Of a stretch of DNA of 64,000 nucleotides, positions 1 through 10,343 are shown one piece after another. Source of the DNA: Phycisphaerae bacterium (GTDB lineage: Bacteria; Planctomycetota; Phycisphaerae; WQYP01); NCBI GenBank assembly GCA_049977145.1, contig JBMFGW010000001.1:32550-96549 (forward strand). The letters are read 5' to 3'. The notes under the pieces were generated by a model. That model was not told the DNA's origin and did not search any database. It worked only from the letters and a program-made list of their open reading frames with translations. Positions within the stretch are counted from its first letter, which is position 1, and each line of letters begins with the position of its first letter. Made by a program: the position numbers and the translations under genes.

Positions 1-111
1 GCCGCGGCATTGTGTTTGCAACAAAGGAAAATCCGCGCGAATGGCGGCAATGTCCAAGTCCGCGGGTTGGATGGGTTTGGCGGGGGCAGGTTGTATACCC
101 GTGATCGTCAT
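1..111 (-). CDS. sufS: Cysteine desulfurase SufS, N-terminal fragment (gene continues beyond window start)
   Basis: Reverse-strand translation from the ATG at 109-111 reads MTITGIQPAPAKPIQPADLDIAAIRADFPLLQTQ. This is the SufS N-terminus, ending in the IRADFP(I/L)L motif. Its ATG overlaps the sufD stop (ATGA), and it sits in the sufBCDS order. Confidence 0.5.
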   Translation of the reverse strand, partial: MTITGIQPAPAKPIQPADLDIAAIRADFPLLQTQCRG

Positions 112-1457
112 GATTTTGTCTGATCCAGATGCAGCCGATGCAATTCACCACTGATAACTTCTTCCAAATATTCTCTCATGCCGGTATGCCATATCCGTAA
201 GAGTACATCCCGCGCAAAGGCGTATGTCAACAAGGCCCCGGCCTCCACGGCGGGCACGCCGCGCGACTGCAGATAAAACAATTGCTCATCATCCAGCGGG
301 CCGGTCGTGGAGCCGTGGGTGCATTTTACATCATCAGCGTAAATTTCCAGTTGTGGCTGGGAATTCATCACCGCATCATCCGAAAGCAGGATGGTTTTGC
401 TGGTCTGCTTGGAATCGGTTTTCTGAGCATTCGGACGCACCAGAATTTTCCCGCGAAAAACCCCGCCGGCCTTGCCACCCAGCAGGTATTTGTACAATTC
501 ATGGCTGGGACAGTTTTCACGGAGATGATCCAGCAGGGTATGGTTGTCGATATGCTGGTCGCCGCTAGCCAATGTCAAACCGTTCAGAATGGCTTCGGCA
601 AACGGTTCGGAAAGCCGCACTGTTAAATTATTTCGCACTAACTGTCCGCCGGTATTAATCACCAGGGATTGCACGGTAGCGCGTTCGTGCAGGTCAATGG
701 CATCATTGGCGATATGAAAAGCGTGGTTATTTTCCCGCTGCCATGTTATCAGTTCCACCCGGGCACCCTTGCCGACAACCATTTCCAGCGCGGTGTTGCA
801 CAATGTGGGCGACGTTGAAAAAGAGGCATAACTTTGCACAATTGTCGCATGGGTGTTGGCCCCGATGAGCAACAGATTGCGAGGCTGCACAACCACCGGA
901 TGATCATGACCGCTGGTCACCCACAGCAAATGCACCAATCCCGCGTTGCCCTGTTCGGCGGGGAGATATATAAACGCGCCATCCGCAAACCCGGCGAGAT
1001 TCATAGCGGAAAAGCCATTGCTCTCCGGTGGCAATTCGCGGCCTAAAAATAACTGCACCTGATCGGCGTGCTTTCCCAAGGCATTCCGGAGCGTCAGCAC
1101 TTCCACTTTGCCGGCCAGGTGGGAAAGCTCCGGCGCGAAGTTACCATTGACAAACACCATCTCCTGTGCGCCCAATGCCTTCATGGATAGACTAGCAAGT
1201 TGCGCCGGGGTTGGCCTGTTACCGTGGTCGGGGCGACGGAAGTTGACGTTGTGCAGCGCCGCGACATTGGTGAGCCGCCAGTCTTCATGCGTAACGGCGG
1301 GAAATCCGATCTTGTGGAATGTCTCCGCAGCCTGGCGGCGCTGTTGGCGCAGCCAATCAGAGCCGTAATTTGGTCCCATGTCGGAAGCCGCCTCGGCGGG
1401 AGCGGGAATAGCAGTCGTTGCGATCATAATAACTCCGTGGCAATATTCATGTGCCAT
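108..1457 (-). CDS. sufD: Fe-S cluster assembly protein SufD
   Basis: 449-aa ORF immediately downstream of sufC. The C-terminal region resembles SufD/SufB-family beta-helix proteins. Operon context is sufB-sufC-sufD-sufS. Confidence 0.8.
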   Translation of the reverse strand: MAHEYCHGVIMIATTAIPAPAEAASDMGPNYGSDWLRQQRRQAAETFHKIGFPAVTHEDWRLTNVAALHNVNFRRPDHGNRPTPAQLASLSMKALGAQEMVFVNGNFAPELSHLAGKVEVLTLRNALGKHADQVQLFLGRELPPESNGFSAMNLAGFADGAFIYLPAEQGNAGLVHLLWVTSGHDHPVVVQPRNLLLIGANTHATIVQSYASFSTSPTLCNTALEMVVGKGARVELITWQRENNHAFHIANDAIDLHERATVQSLVINTGGQLVRNNLTVRLSEPFAEAILNGLTLASGDQHIDNHTLLDHLRENCPSHELYKYLLGGKAGGVFRGKILVRPNAQKTDSKQTSKTILLSDDAVMNSQPQLEIYADDVKCTHGSTTGPLDDEQLFYLQSRGVPAVEAGALLTYAFARDVLLRIWHTGMREYLEEVISGELHRLHLDQTKS

Positions 1458-1463
1458 GCCAAA

Positions 1464-2225
1464 TCAGGCGGCGGCACCGGCGGTATCCAACCAGCCATAA
1501 CCGCGTTTTTCCAGTTCCAAGGCCAGTGTTTTATCACCGGATTTGACGATTTTGCCGTCCCGCAGCACATGCACAAAATCGGGAACGATGTAATTCAGCA
1601 GCCGCTGGTAGTGCGTAACCACCAGAATGGCCCGATCCGGGCCACGCAAAGCATTGACCCCGTTGGCCACAATTTTCAAAGCGTCAATATCCAGCCCCGA
1701 ATCCGTTTCATCCAGGATGGCAAACTTCGGATTCAGTACCGCCATTTGAAAAATCTCGTTGCGTTTTTTCTCGCCACCGGAAAAACCTTCGTTTACCGAG
1801 CGATTGAGAAACGTTTTATCCATTTCCAGCAAGGCCATTTTTTCTTTCACCATTTTGAGAAAATCCATGGCATCGAGTTCTTCCATACCGTGATGTTTTC
1901 GGATGGCGTTGACCGCGGCCTTGAGAAAATAACTGGTCGTAACGCCAGGAATTTCAACCGGGTATTGAAAGGCCATAAAAAGTCCCTCACACGCCCGCTC
2001 TTCCGGTGATAACTCCAGTAAATTTTTGCCGTCAAAAGTCACGCTGCCGCCTGTAACCATGTAAGTTTCCCGCCCCGCCAATACGGATGATAGTGTGCTT
2101 TTTCCAGAGCCATTAGGCCCCATGATCGCGTGCACTTGACCGGAATTAATCGTTAGATCAATGCCCTTAAGTATTGGTTTGCCATTTACGGCCGCCTGTA
2201 AATTTTTAATGTCAATCAACGCCAT
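1464..2225 (-). CDS. sufC: Fe-S cluster assembly ATPase SufC
   Basis: 253 aa. Walker A GPNGSGKST, ABC signature FSGGEKKR, Walker B ILDETDSGLD. Typical SufC length and position. Confidence 0.9.
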   Translation of the reverse strand: MALIDIKNLQAAVNGKPILKGIDLTINSGQVHAIMGPNGSGKSTLSSVLAGRETYMVTGGSVTFDGKNLLELSPEERACEGLFMAFQYPVEIPGVTTSYFLKAAVNAIRKHHGMEELDAMDFLKMVKEKMALLEMDKTFLNRSVNEGFSGGEKKRNEIFQMAVLNPKFAILDETDSGLDIDALKIVANGVNALRGPDRAILVVTHYQRLLNYIVPDFVHVLRDGKIVKSGDKTLALELEKRGYGWLDTAGAAA

Positions 2226-2297
2226 GCAATTTCATTCCTTTAAAGATCCAATCGTCACATTCCGATCCGGCCTCTACCGGTCGTCCCATGCTCAAAG

Positions 2298-3740
2298 TCA
2301 GCCTACACTGCCTTCCAAACTTACGCCAAGTAATTTTTGGGCTTCCACGGCAAATTCCATTGGCAACTCTCGAAATACTTCCTTACAGAAGCCGTTGATG
2401 ATCATATTCACCGCATCTTCCAGGGAAATGCCACGCTGCTTGCAGTAAAAAAGTTGATCTTCACCGATTTTGGAAGTTGAGGCTTCATGTTCCGCCTTGG
2501 AACTGGTGTTTCGCACTTCAATATATGGAAACGTATGGGCACCGCACTTATCGCCCAACAACAGCGAATCACACTGCGTGTAATTGCGGGCATTCGTGGC
2601 GTTTTTCAGTATCTTCACCAGACCGCGATAGGTGTTCTGTCCCTTACCCGCGGAAATACCTTTGGACACCACCGTGCTGCGGGTGTTTTTGCCGATGTGA
2701 ATCATTTTGGATCCGGTATCCGCTTGCTGCATGTTGTTGGTCAAGGCCACGGAATAAAATTCACCGATGGCGTTCTCTCCCTGCAAAATCACGCTGGGAT
2801 ATTTCCAGGTGATGGCCGAGCCGGTTTCCACCTGCGTCCAGGAAATGCGGGCGTTGTCCATACATTTTCCGCGCTTGGTGACAAAATTGTAAATTCCGCC
2901 CTTGCCTTCTTTATCGCCGGGATACCAATTTTGCACGGTGGAATATTTAATCTGGGCGCCTTTTAAGGCCACCAATTCCACCACCGCCGCGTGCAGTTGA
3001 TTTTCATCGCGCATCGGTGCGGTACAGCCTTCCAGATAACTGACATAAGCCCCTTCATCGGCAATAATCAAAGTGCGCTCAAACTGCCCGGTATCCTTGG
3101 CATTGATGCGAAAATACGTGGACAATTCCATGGGACAACGCACGCCCTTGGGAACGTAACAGAAGGACCCGTCGCTGAATACCGCGGAATTCAGAGTGGC
3201 ATAAAAATTATCCGAGTACGGCACCACTGACCCCAGATACTGGCGAATCAACTCCGGGTGTTTTTGCACGGCTTCGGAAAATGAGCAGAAAATCACACCC
3301 ATTTCGCCGAGTTTTTCTTTGAAGGTCGTGGCCACGGATACCGAGTCAAATACCGCATCGACCGCCACGCCGGCAAATATTTTCTGCTCTTCCAGCGGTA
3401 CGCCGAGTTTTTGATAAGTACGCAGCAATTCCGGATCGACTTCATCAAGACTTTTAAGTTGCTTTTTGGGCTTGGGGGCCGAATAATAAATAATGCCCTG
3501 AAAATCAATTTCCGGATACTTCACATGCGGCCACTTGGGTTCGGTCATGGTCAGCCAATGCCGAAAGGCTTTCAGCCGCCACTGCGTCATAAATTCGGGT
3601 TCATTTTTCCGTTTGGAAATCGCCCGGACTATATCTTCGTTGAGACCCTTGGGTAGGGAATCAGCGTCAATATCAGTAACGAAACCCCATTTATATTCCT
3701 GATTGGCCAGTGTTTCTATAGTGCCTTCATCTGTCGGCAT
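2298..3740 (-). CDS. sufB: Fe-S cluster assembly protein SufB
   Basis: Start [20 protein letters not shown] chosen at the internal ATG at 3740. About 480 aa with strong SufB-like sequence throughout. First gene of the suf operon. Confidence 0.9.
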   Translation of the reverse strand: MPTDEGTIETLANQEYKWGFVTDIDADSLPKGLNEDIVRAISKRKNEPEFMTQWRLKAFRHWLTMTEPKWPHVKYPEIDFQGIIYYSAPKPKKQLKSLDEVDPELLRTYQKLGVPLEEQKIFAGVAVDAVFDSVSVATTFKEKLGEMGVIFCSFSEAVQKHPELIRQYLGSVVPYSDNFYATLNSAVFSDGSFCYVPKGVRCPMELSTYFRINAKDTGQFERTLIIADEGAYVSYLEGCTAPMRDENQLHAAVVELVALKGAQIKYSTVQNWYPGDKEGKGGIYNFVTKRGKCMDNARISWTQVETGSAITWKYPSVILQGENAIGEFYSVALTNNMQQADTGSKMIHIGKNTRSTVVSKGISAGKGQNTYRGLVKILKNATNARNYTQCDSLLLGDKCGAHTFPYIEVRNTSSKAEHEASTSKIGEDQLFYCKQRGISLEDAVNMIINGFCKEVFRELPMEFAVEAQKLLGVSLEGSVG

Positions 3741-3837
3741 AGTTATATCCCTTAAAACAAGCCACCCAATCCAGTTAGCCCGCTTGCACACGCCCGTCAA
3801 CAACTTTAATCATAGCGTATTAGAATGTTGATGTCAA

Positions 3838-3854
3838 TTGAGACTTATTCTCAA
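3838..3854. promoter_or_regulatory. Palindromic candidate operator upstream of sufB (TTGAGActtatTCTCAA)
   Basis: Perfect 6-bp inverted repeat with a 5-nt spacer, about 100 bp upstream of the sufB start, in the suf promoter region. The cognate regulator (SufR/IscR/Fur-type) is unknown. Confidence 0.25.
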
Positions 3855-4006
3855 CTTCAAGCGGCATGGCGATTATTATTGCCAAGAGACTTAACCAAAA
3901 TATTTCATCAATTTGCTGTACCGTACAACGGTTCCCGCCATACATTGTTGAAATTTCCAACCGGACATAGAATATATAAATGCGGTGATGATAGTTCTCA
4001 TTTTTG

Positions 4007-4573
4007 ATGGGTTCCATGATGTGTTTGAATAAAATAAAGTTGATTCCATTTTTGGCGGCGATCGGATTTCTAACGGGCTGCTCGCCGACTACTCCGGTTA
4101 CGCAAGTGGGCCGTGAATATATGTCCCATCGGTGCAGCGGAGCCATTAGGGAATTTAAGGCAGCCGGACCCAATATGAGTAAGTGGATCAGCGCAGCTTA
4201 TGCCTATGCCGTATTTCCATCTATCGGAGCGGGCGCCCTGGGTATCGGCGGGGCGGCGGGGCGCGGCGAAGTAATCCGCGGTGGCCAGCGGCTGGGGTAT
4301 TGCAAGATGACGCAGATTAATATCGGGGCGCAAATTGGCGGGCAGAGCTTCGCTGAACTTATTCTTTTCCAAAATCAATACACCCTAAGCCAATTTGAAT
4401 CCGGTCAGACCACATTTGATGCGCGTGCCACGGCGGTGGCCGCGGCCAGCGGTGCGGGAACCGTCGCCAACTATCAGCATGGGGTAATGGTATTCACGCT
4501 GCCCCTTGACGGTCTGATGGCACAAGCGGCCGTAGGCGGACAGCACTTTACTTATGCGCCGGCGGGAAAATAA
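4007..4573 (+). CDS. SYLF/DUF500 (Ysc84-like) lipid-binding lipoprotein
   Basis: Signal peptide with lipobox LTGC. Gly/Ala-rich SYLF-like core (GAGALGIGGAAGRGEVI, GAQIGGQSFAELILF). The ATG at 4007 is preferred over the TTG at 4004. Confidence 0.55.
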   Translation: MGSMMCLNKIKLIPFLAAIGFLTGCSPTTPVTQVGREYMSHRCSGAIREFKAAGPNMSKWISAAYAYAVFPSIGAGALGIGGAAGRGEVIRGGQRLGYCKMTQINIGAQIGGQSFAELILFQNQYTLSQFESGQTTFDARATAVAAASGAGTVANYQHGVMVFTLPLDGLMAQAAVGGQHFTYAPAGK

Positions 4574-4585
4574 AAGGAGAAAAGC

Positions 4586-5185
4586 ATGGTTGCGGCTGGC
4601 GCGCAAAATGGCCTGCATTTGTTCCCCGGAGCACGCAATCCCGCCGCCGTGCGGGCGTTAATGCAAAAAATATCGATTCTGCCGCGCGAAGCGTTTACCA
4701 CCGAGCTTCCGCGACTGGAACATCTTGTACCCATGGGAAAAATTAAGTTGGCCACCGTGCATCACAGTGGTCTTCCGGAACCGTGGCTGGAAGATGACTT
4801 TGCCGCCACAGCGCGGCATTTGGAGGAAATACGGTGCTTACATTGTGATCCCGCCGGGCGTAATTGGGCGGATATCGCTTACCATTACGCGGTGGATCGG
4901 ATGGGGCGTGTGTGGCAACTGCGTGATCTACGTTTTCAAGGTGCGCATGTCAAAAACCACAACAGCAATAATATGGGGGTGGTCGTACTGGGCAATTTTG
5001 ATATACAGGAACCGCCGCCGCCGCAGGCGGCCACGCTGTTTTTACTTTTACAATTTATCGTGCGCGGCTACGATTTGGGCGGAATATGCACGCATCAGCA
5101 AATAGCCGATACACCGACATCCTGTCCCGGCAAGCATTTGCGGCGGCTTCTGGACCGGCATTCCGGTGATTTTAAGAAGGGGTGA
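4586..5185 (+). CDS. N-acetylmuramoyl-L-alanine amidase, Amidase_2/PGRP fold
   Basis: ATG at 4586 preceded by AAAAGGAG at SD distance. Amidase_2-like motifs (HHSG, AYHYAVDRMGRVWQLRD, GAHVKNHNSNNMGVVVLGNF, CTHQQIADTPTSCPGK). Confidence 0.7.
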   Translation: MVAAGAQNGLHLFPGARNPAAVRALMQKISILPREAFTTELPRLEHLVPMGKIKLATVHHSGLPEPWLEDDFAATARHLEEIRCLHCDPAGRNWADIAYHYAVDRMGRVWQLRDLRFQGAHVKNHNSNNMGVVVLGNFDIQEPPPPQAATLFLLLQFIVRGYDLGGICTHQQIADTPTSCPGKHLRRLLDRHSGDFKKG

Positions 5186-5187
5186 TC

Positions 5188-5580
5188 ATGCCGGCCCCGG
5201 AGAAAATAAAGACGGACCCCGCTACGGAAATGGCCGCGGAACGCACCATGCTGGCGTGGATTCGTACCGGATTGGCGCTGATGGGCTTTGGCTTTGTGGT
5301 GGCCAAGTTCGGGTTGTTTCTCCAGAAGCTCGCGGAGATAAAAGATATTCACATCAAGGTGCCGGCGAACCAATCCGCATCCGTGTGGATTGGCATCGCC
5401 CTGGTGCTGCTGGGCGTGGGGGTAAATATCGCCGCCGCAGTCCGCTTTTCCGCCCTGATCCGGCGTTTACACACCGGCCAATCTTCCCGGCCCATGCGTT
5501 GGGAATTGGCCACCACGGTGGCGGTCATCATGGCGCTGATCGGCCTGGGCATCGCCGGTTATTTGTTGCGGCTGAAATAA
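5188..5580 (+). CDS. DUF202/YidH-family small membrane protein
   Basis: Conserved ERTMLAWIRTGLALMGFGFVV motif and three predicted TM helices. Overlaps the amidase gene end, which suggests an operon. Confidence 0.6.
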   Translation: MPAPEKIKTDPATEMAAERTMLAWIRTGLALMGFGFVVAKFGLFLQKLAEIKDIHIKVPANQSASVWIGIALVLLGVGVNIAAAVRFSALIRRLHTGQSSRPMRWELATTVAVIMALIGLGIAGYLLRLK

Positions 5581-5712
5581 AGGGCCACGGTTCATATCGG
5601 TGCTCAGAAGAATCGGTGTGTTCCAGAGGATGGGCCTCTTGCCGATAGCATATTGCTTAGCCGTGGCCGCCAAACTCGGAAATTATAGTTGCACTGCCGT
5701 TAAGCCGCCCCA

Positions 5713-6666
5713 TCATTGTTTTCGGGATGGAACAACCAGCGAGGCTCCGACCGCGAGCAGTAAAAGCGTAAGAATGACCCACAAGGATATCGTGGTACTG
5801 ATTCGGGCCGTGGGCCAATAAGCAGCGAGGAGGGGCAGAAGCATTTTTCCGCCAATAAACAGTAAAATCAACGCCAGCCCGGTTTCGAGAAACCGCAACC
5901 GATCCATCAAGGGAGCAATGAGAAAATAAAGCCGGTTCAGCGCCAGCACGGCAAACACATTGCTGCTGGTGATAATCAGCGGATCATTGGTAATGCCAAA
6001 CACCGCGGGGATGGAATCAAATGCGAACAGCACATCCACCAGACCCACCAGCACAATCGCCAGCAGCAAAGGCGTGATACACCGCCGGCCCTTGAACATT
6101 ATCAGCAGCCGCCGCCCCGACGGCGCGGGACTGATTGGCAGCAAATGGCTGAATATGTCAATGAACCGTGCTTCTGTCTGGCGCTGTCCAGGACGCCGGA
6201 AAAACATCAGTAGGCCCGCCAGCAACAGAAATCCACCCATGCAATAAAACAGGATGTGAAAGCGGGCCAGCAAGGCCAAGCCGGTAAGAATCAACACCGC
6301 CCGCGCTATCAACGCCAGCAAAACCGCCCAGAACATTACCAGCCCATGATCCGCGGCGGGAATTTTTAACGCCCGCAACAGGACCACAAACATCATCACA
6401 TTATCCGCGCTTAAACTCAGTTCCAGCAGGTAGCCGGTGTTGAACGTCAACAGTGGATGGAAGCCGACGGTGGATGATGGTGCGAAAATGGGAGTATAAG
6501 CAAAGTGCAAATAGAAGCCATAAACGAAGGCCAGCACAAGGGGCGGCAAACACAAACCGGCCGCGCGTATAAGTGAACTACATCCCGCGGTGGGTTGTGG
6601 AATCAGCCCATCGATGGCCAAGACCATGGCCGCAAGAAATAGAAATATCAACCAGGCGGTTATCAT
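5713..6666 (-). CDS. TerC/Alx-family integral membrane protein
   Basis: 317 aa, polytopic, with TerC signatures (ELSLSADNVMMF, GLVDVLFAFDSIPAVFGIT). Confidence 0.8.
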   Translation of the reverse strand: MITAWLIFLFLAAMVLAIDGLIPQPTAGCSSLIRAAGLCLPPLVLAFVYGFYLHFAYTPIFAPSSTVGFHPLLTFNTGYLLELSLSADNVMMFVVLLRALKIPAADHGLVMFWAVLLALIARAVLILTGLALLARFHILFYCMGGFLLLAGLLMFFRRPGQRQTEARFIDIFSHLLPISPAPSGRRLLIMFKGRRCITPLLLAIVLVGLVDVLFAFDSIPAVFGITNDPLIITSSNVFAVLALNRLYFLIAPLMDRLRFLETGLALILLFIGGKMLLPLLAAYWPTARISTTISLWVILTLLLLAVGASLVVPSRKQ

Positions 6667-7724
6667 GGCGAATGGCCCTGAGACAACGTAGCGGTGGCAG
6701 GATAGTTTTTAGGCTCAACCGGCGGCCAGGATTGCACGAGGTGGTCAACAAATGCCACGTAGCGGCGTTTCAAGCCGGGGTGATTGCGGAAAAAATGCTG
6801 GAGATAAATTTCCCCGGCAATGTGATTCCAGCGCAGGGTAAGGCGGTCTTCCTCTTGCGCCGTAAGCCCGGTTCCCGCCAGCAACCCGTTAAGTCGGCCC
6901 TGGCGGGCCATGGATAATAGTTGCAGCAGAGCGGGTTTATACCGGCTGTGTTCAAGAAAGAGCATAAACGACCAGACTTCCGCATAATATGATTGTACAT
7001 AGATAGGTTTGTGCATCACCACATTTCCGGCTTGCGTGCCGGCCAGTGTCCGTAACGGCAATAATTGCCGATATGTCACCGCCTGCCGGAGCATCTCCCA
7101 ACGAGGGACATTAAGCCAGGGGGTAAAGGCGGGATATCCATGATGCCATTGCATGGCTTCGCATTGGGTAGCCAGCCCTTCATCAAGCCACGCCGGCAGA
7201 TGATCCTTAAGGGCAAGAAAACTGAACTGATGCCAGGCCTCATGTGCGACGACCGATAGAATCTCGGCAACATTGGAACGGTAGGCCGCAAATACACCGT
7301 TGCATTCATATCCGCCGGCTTCAATATGCAGATAAATACCGGCCTGCGGCCCCATCACTTTATGGGTGTAGCGTGCCCACTGCCTCCGATTGCGAAACAC
7401 ATAACCAACCATGGGCAACTGCGGTGCGGCATTCGGAACCAGCCGGAGGAAACGGGCATAATCCGCCTCCAGCACGCGGGCGATAAGACGCTGCTGCAGG
7501 GGGTTATCAATAGTGGTATAAACACGATAATGTGCGGTTTGGATGATGCGCCCCTTGGCCGGCCCGGCCGGCCATGGCTTGGCCGCCGGTGGCAAGGCAC
7601 GCAGTTGGCGGCGCTGCGTCGCGGTTAATCCCGGAGGCCAGTAGTGCCTGTTGGTGCATCCGCATACATTCACCGCCAGAGCCGCAACAAGACAACATCC
7701 TATGATTTTTGCGTCTAAATCCAT
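6663..7724 (-). CDS. Secreted/lipoprotein with HExxH motif (DUF1570-like putative metallopeptidase)
   Basis: N-terminal signal with Cys-rich lipobox region. HEAWHQ motif at about residue 160. Overlaps the TerC start by 4 bp. No closer family assignment is possible from sequence alone. Confidence 0.4.
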   Translation of the reverse strand: MDLDAKIIGCCLVAALAVNVCGCTNRHYWPPGLTATQRRQLRALPPAAKPWPAGPAKGRIIQTAHYRVYTTIDNPLQQRLIARVLEADYARFLRLVPNAAPQLPMVGYVFRNRRQWARYTHKVMGPQAGIYLHIEAGGYECNGVFAAYRSNVAEILSVVAHEAWHQFSFLALKDHLPAWLDEGLATQCEAMQWHHGYPAFTPWLNVPRWEMLRQAVTYRQLLPLRTLAGTQAGNVVMHKPIYVQSYYAEVWSFMLFLEHSRYKPALLQLLSMARQGRLNGLLAGTGLTAQEEDRLTLRWNHIAGEIYLQHFFRNHPGLKRRYVAFVDHLVQSWPPVEPKNYPATATLSQGHSP

Positions 7725-7952
7725 GCACGGAATAGTACCCGCGTCTGTCTATGACCCGCAAGTTGGCGAGACATCCGGCCCAGTCATTGGTGCGGTGGGG
7801 CAGTGTTGGACTGTTTATCAGGCCAAGCCTTGCCTCCATGCCCACAAAAGAGTATCTTTATTTTCAATGTGTGAAATGCTTTTTATCCGTTCGGATCAGG
7901 CTGTCGAAACACGATGGGCAGTGGCGGTCGGCGTCAAATGGAAAGAGCGAAG

Positions 7953-8873
7953 ATGATTATCGACTGTCATACGAGCATCTGGCAAAGCCCGGAACAGCTT
8001 GGTCGGGACGCTATTGACCGTATTGCGCAACCGATCCGCTTTGGCCGCGAGCAGGTTCGGTTGCTGCCCAAAGCAGATACCGCCTCGCACTGGCTGGCGT
8101 GCGCACCGGTCGACGTGAGCTTGGTGCTGGGCTTCAAAAGCCGGTATCTCGGAGCGCATATTCCCAATGAACTTCTGACGGATTATTGCAGTGAACACGC
8201 CAGCCGGGTGATCGGATTTGCCGGGGTGGATCCTACCGAATCCAATGCCATAGCACAGCTAACAGATATCAGCCGAAACCCGTTCCTCAAAGGGCTGGTG
8301 ATTTGCCCGGCCGCCCAGGATTGTCATCCTTGCGATACGCAAGCCATGCGCATTTATGAAGCTGCCGCAGCGTTGAAATTGCCGGTGTTTTTCTCCAGCG
8401 GACCGTATCTCGCCGCCCGCACCCGTTTGGAATATGCCCGGCCCCTGCTGTTGGATGAAGTGGCACGCAGCTTTCCGGAATTAAAGTTGATTATCAGCCA
8501 TTTCGGCTACCCTTGGGTGGATGAAACCCTGACTCTTTTGGCAAAGCATACCAACGTATTTTCGTGTATTGCCGGACTATTGCGTCGGCCGTGGCTCGCG
8601 TGGGACGCTTTGCTTCGTGCGTATCAATTGCAGGTTACAGGCCAAGTGCTTTTCGGCAGTGATTTTCCATTTTCCACGGCCGCCGACTGTATTGAAACAC
8701 TCTTCCATATCAATGAGTACGCCATGGGTTCGCAATTACCGGTGATTCCACGGGAAACATTGCGCCATATTGTTCAAAACGATGCGCTGGTGGCATTGGG
8801 AATCCACTCACCTCCTGACCGGACACTTCCGGCGCCAGCGTCCATTCGTCGTTCTCGGAGCCTGTCCAAGTAA
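7953..8873 (+). CDS. Amidohydrolase-2 family (TIM-barrel metal-dependent hydrolase)
   Basis: MIIDCHTSIW N-terminus (metal-binding His pair) and C-terminal GSDFPF motif typical of PF04909. Start taken at the third in-frame Met. Alternative starts exist at 7914 and 7938. Confidence 0.6.
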   Translation: MIIDCHTSIWQSPEQLGRDAIDRIAQPIRFGREQVRLLPKADTASHWLACAPVDVSLVLGFKSRYLGAHIPNELLTDYCSEHASRVIGFAGVDPTESNAIAQLTDISRNPFLKGLVICPAAQDCHPCDTQAMRIYEAAAALKLPVFFSSGPYLAARTRLEYARPLLLDEVARSFPELKLIISHFGYPWVDETLTLLAKHTNVFSCIAGLLRRPWLAWDALLRAYQLQVTGQVLFGSDFPFSTAADCIETLFHINEYAMGSQLPVIPRETLRHIVQNDALVALGIHSPPDRTLPAPASIRRSRSLSK

Positions 8874-9326
8874 GCGATGGGCGCGACCGTTATGATCCCT
8901 GACGCAGGGGCAATGACAACGGATTGTGACAGGGCGATGCGATAGTACGTTCGGAATATCAAGTATATGTATATTATCTATATGGGTGCAAATTCAAGAG
9001 AAAATGGCCTCTGCCATCCGCTATAAACCATGACACAGCAATAACTGCGGACATAACCCAGATGACGGGCGGCGACGGTTGCGTCCGCCGCGGGTACCGG
9101 GCGGAAACCCGCTGGAATGATGACCGTGGTGGGAGTTTCTCTACTACTCTGCCAGGCCACATTTTGGTCGTTGCACTGCTTCATGGCAACACTCCTTTCG
9201 CGCCAAGTGTCCTTTTAAGTTTTCAACCGCCATGGCAATAATCTTGCCCGTCCAGATCAGCCAGGCTATAATCTGGATATTCTTATCCAATTATAGCCTT
9301 GCCTTCGTATCAAATCAAAAGAGTTT

Positions 9327-9395
9327 TCATTCCGGCGATGAAAGTTCATCAGCGTCGGCCAGGTCCCTGGGCTGGCCGACGCAGTTCTTGTTTTG
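9327..9395. terminator. Pair of hairpins, candidate bidirectional rho-independent terminator
   Basis: tttcattccggcgatgaaa hairpin and gtcggccag-N9-ctggccgac hairpin followed by ttcttgtttt on the plus strand. On the minus strand the first hairpin is followed by ctcttttgatttg, downstream of the vapBC module. Confidence 0.3.
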
Positions 9396-9430
9396 AATGA
9401 GTAGTTCGCGGCTGATAAAGTTGACCGTAT

Positions 9431-9613
9431 TTAACGCGGGCGGCGTTTAATAACGCGACAAACTCGCGCAAGTCTTTGGAAAGTTTCATCGTTGCTCGGT
9501 TGGGTGTTGATCAGGTCCAGCAGAATATCCATCCGTTGTACCGGAGAAAGAGACCTGTAATAGGCCCGATCCGCCGCGCGATGAGAGTCAAATTTCCGAC
9601 CGATCTTCTCCAT
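9431..9613 (-). CDS. Hypothetical small protein (60 aa) downstream of vapC
   Basis: ORF MEKIGRKFDSHRAADRAYYRSLSPVQRMDILLDL... with no recognisable family. Could be a gene remnant. Confidence 0.15.
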   Translation of the reverse strand: MEKIGRKFDSHRAADRAYYRSLSPVQRMDILLDLINTQPSNDETFQRLARVCRVIKRRPR

Positions 9614-9644
9614 ATCCGTATTATACCACAACATCAGAACAGGA

Positions 9645-10037
9645 TTATTTCTTTGAATAGGCGGGTTTAAGCCCCGCGAGCATCGGATAATGTTTCGTAT
9701 TAAGTGTGCCAAGCTCAGTATTCTCAATCTGGATTGTTGCGGCAATGATCGCATCCGCCAAGCCCACCCCATGCGACTTGCCGAAGGTCTGCTTCAACAA
9801 TCCGCCAATCTTGGCACTTTCCACCGTAACCGGAATTATCCGGAATAGAGCAATAACGGCGTCCAGGAGTTCTTGTTCTGCCTCGCCCTGAACCCCTGCG
9901 TACAATTCCGCCACGGTAATGGAGGACAATACAATGTGATCCGCGTGTCTTTTCAGAAACGACACGGCTTTTTCATTTCCGCGCAGATAATCGATCATCA
10001 CATCTGTATCGACCAATATCGACTTGGGCATGTTCAT
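9645..10037 (-). CDS. vapC: PIN-domain ribonuclease toxin VapC
   Basis: 130 aa. N-terminal ILVDTDVMIDYL (PIN Asp) and conserved acidic residues. 4-bp ATGA overlap with the upstream antitoxin gene. Confidence 0.8.
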   Translation of the reverse strand: MNMPKSILVDTDVMIDYLRGNEKAVSFLKRHADHIVLSSITVAELYAGVQGEAEQELLDAVIALFRIIPVTVESAKIGGLLKQTFGKSHGVGLADAIIAATIQIENTELGTLNTKHYPMLAGLKPAYSKK

Positions 10038-10267
10038 CCCCTATCCCATTGGGCACGCAAAGTCCGGAAATCAGGAAGATCTTTGCGGTCCGCCCATATC
10101 CCCGCCGCGCGATTCAGCACATGTTCTCTTTGTTTATCACTGAATTGTTCGATAAGCCGGTCAACAGATTCCCTGATCAAGTCGCTTTGACTTCGCCCTG
10201 TTGTTTGGCATAGGGCGTTGAGTCCCTTGTGTTCATCGTCCGTCAGATAAAGTTGCGTTCGGAACAT
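10034..10267 (-). CDS. vapB: Antitoxin VapB (ribbon-helix-helix/CopG-like)
   Basis: 77 aa. N-terminal RHH-like TQLYLTDDEHKGLNALCQTTGRSQSDLIRESVDRLI. Translationally coupled to vapC. Confidence 0.7.
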   Translation of the reverse strand: MFRTQLYLTDDEHKGLNALCQTTGRSQSDLIRESVDRLIEQFSDKQREHVLNRAAGIWADRKDLPDFRTLRAQWDRG

Positions 10268-10343
10268 AACAATTCATCTCCAACTTATACATTAGCGGTA
10301 TACAGTAAAATCCACTTCCTGTCAATTTTATGTGGGTAGGCTA

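Noticed and set aside
5166-5673. ORFs 5166..5648 (+) and 5349..5673 (-) overlapping the DUF202 gene
   Set aside because: Alternative-frame translations (Gly/Arg-rich) of a region already explained by a conserved DUF202 membrane protein.
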